Source: Podarcis liolepis (taxonomy: Eukaryota). Taken from it: DNA of 64,000 nucleotides. A program made the translations under genes and the position numbers. The stretch lies in the NCBI GenBank assembly GCA_965112155.1, contig OZ218101.1. One strand, 5' to 3'. The notes under the pieces are model-generated. The model was given only the letters and a program-made list of their open reading frames with translations, had not been told where the DNA came from and did not search any database. Shown here one piece after another: positions 62,255-64,000 of this stretch. Within the stretch, counting starts at the first letter, position 1; each line of letters starts with the position of its first letter.

Positions 62255-64000
62255 GTCTAGCCAGTGCAGACTCTGAAGTGCTGCTTGCTTCTCTTGGGAT
62301 CCTTCCCACAGGACAGTGGATGGCCGATCAACTGCTGTTATGTGCTTGTGTCTGGTTACCCTTGAAGATGATATGGAAACAGCAGGCAGTGGACCTGAAT
62401 GCTACAGCTTGCCTTCTTATTACGTCCGGAAGGCAGTAACACAACCAACCTGTACTAAATGAGACAATTTCATTGGCTGGTTTGGGGTTTCCAGGCCCAT
62501 TTCAAGGTGCTGTTTTTGATAGTCTGGGATGTAAGCATCTGGGAAAGCAACTCCTCCTGTGTGAACACTTTCCCTTCCTGCCTCTTGTCAAATTCAAATT
62601 TACAGGTAGAGATTGTGACTTAATATTTGTATGGCTATTGTTGCATTCATTGCATTTTAAGTGTCTTTTTTAAGCTATCACAAAGCATAGGAATTAGATT
62701 CAAGCTATCAGAAAGCATAGGAGAAAAAGGGATGGTGATTTAAATGAAAATAAATGTTAAAACGCTCATATGTGGAAATACAAATAATAATAAATATGCT
62801 GCCAGAAATTACACCTTATTAGTACTCTATACACTAGGTTGTTATTTGTGTCCCTTTAAAGCTACACTTAGCGTACTATCAGTATTTCAGTAGACATTTT
62901 GTATTACACCATTCACAATGGACTGGAAGTACGTTAATATGCTCTTTGAGTAACGGCTAGCTATTTAAAACACTAGCTATTTAAAAATATACCTGACAAT
63001 AGTTTTAGAACATTTTAGGACAACTGTGAAGGGTTTGAAGAAAGGTTAGTTTCACTGAATCTAAAACACTTTTAAATGGGAATTTGTTTTTCAAAATACT
63101 TTCGTAAATTTCCCTTCAACACATCTGGGAATACTAAGTTAAATGTACTTGTTTCTGCCTTGAAGTTGTATTTGACCCACTTTGTTTGTTTTTGCCTTAT
63201 AATTATGTTTACTTATTTTACTACAGTTCAAAGGTTTAATTCCTCAGAACTTAAATCCACTATTTTTGACAAGTCTGCGGATCCAGTGGATACATAATTT
63301 TCAAACGGTTGTAACATGAAGATCTTTTTTGCTAAGCTGTAATCGTTAAAAGTGTTGCATTTTCTCTGTTGTGACCCTAGTTCACTGCTTGCTCGCTCCT
63401 TTGGCCACAGCTGGCCTCTTGCTGTTCACAGCTGAAAAGTGAAATCAATGCTTGGTCTAACAAAATGCAGATGAAAGCCATTCTGATCACATATAGTCAT
63501 TTCCCGTAATCTTATCAGCCTTCAGTTACTTAAATGTCTCTGGAAATGATTGTTTGTTCATCTGAATACAATACCAGTTTTTGTGTTAAGGAAAACAATA
63601 CTTTCATAAAGCGCAACAGTGGTATGTGCAGCTCACTTTGATTGAGTTTTCTAATATCGCTCTTCTTTTCAAAGGAATCTTTACATTCTAACTAAATTAC
63701 AAAGGTTGCAATCTAAATTCCATAGATTTTATACCCAGTTAGATGCTAGTGTCCTTATCCATTTAATTCTTCCTACTTTGTAGAAAGGTTGAAAAGGAAA
63801 AACAAACAAACTATTAATATGTCAATCCACATTTTCATTGATCTCAACCACTTATTTTTATCTGAGCAAGCTAAGTTGAAAAAGCTATGTTGTATCTATA
63901 GGTAGTGTTATATTGTAGCTTAATGCTCCAAAGGTCAGAGAACAACAAAGTGTTTGATGGAAAACAGTCTTTCTTCCTATTTTAAATGGTTCCTGCTTTG

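Noticed and set aside
62671-62990. Short direct repeats (aagctatca.aaagcatagga x2; ctagctatttaaaa x2), also at ~8275, ~25754 and ~47040
   Set aside because: Ordinary local tandem duplications; two units only, no array or CRISPR-like structure in this eukaryotic DNA.

Overview
Vertebrate genomic DNA from a squamate reptile; the SINE/MITE repertoire suggests a lacertid-type lizard (inference). The window lies inside the large neurobeachin gene (NBEA, minus strand). Three coding exons are present: 55119-55243, 39291-39434 and 20910-21046, covering the DUF1088 end/linker into the PH domain, with compatible splice phases. The intronless developmental gene MAB21L1 (CDS 17363-18442, 359 aa, plus strand) is nested antisense in the next NBEA intron. 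It sits in a chain of CpG islands (~14.2-29.5 kb) with homeodomain-site-rich candidate enhancers. The remainder is AT-rich intron with decayed L2 LINE fragments, tRNA-derived SINEs, hAT and Tc1/pogo MITEs with visible TSDs, and microsatellites. The NBEA/MAB21L1 nesting is established biology. The most interesting unexplained signals are: (1) an open in-frame leader with near-cognate starts and uORFs upstream of MAB21L1; (2) a compact back-to-back TATA promoter that could also drive an internal, truncated NBEA transcript; (3) a TSD-flanked 5'-half tRNA-Arg retrocopy; (4) a MITE carrying a CCAAT/GC-box/TATA/octamer cassette. All family calls come from recognising motifs by eye; no searches were run.
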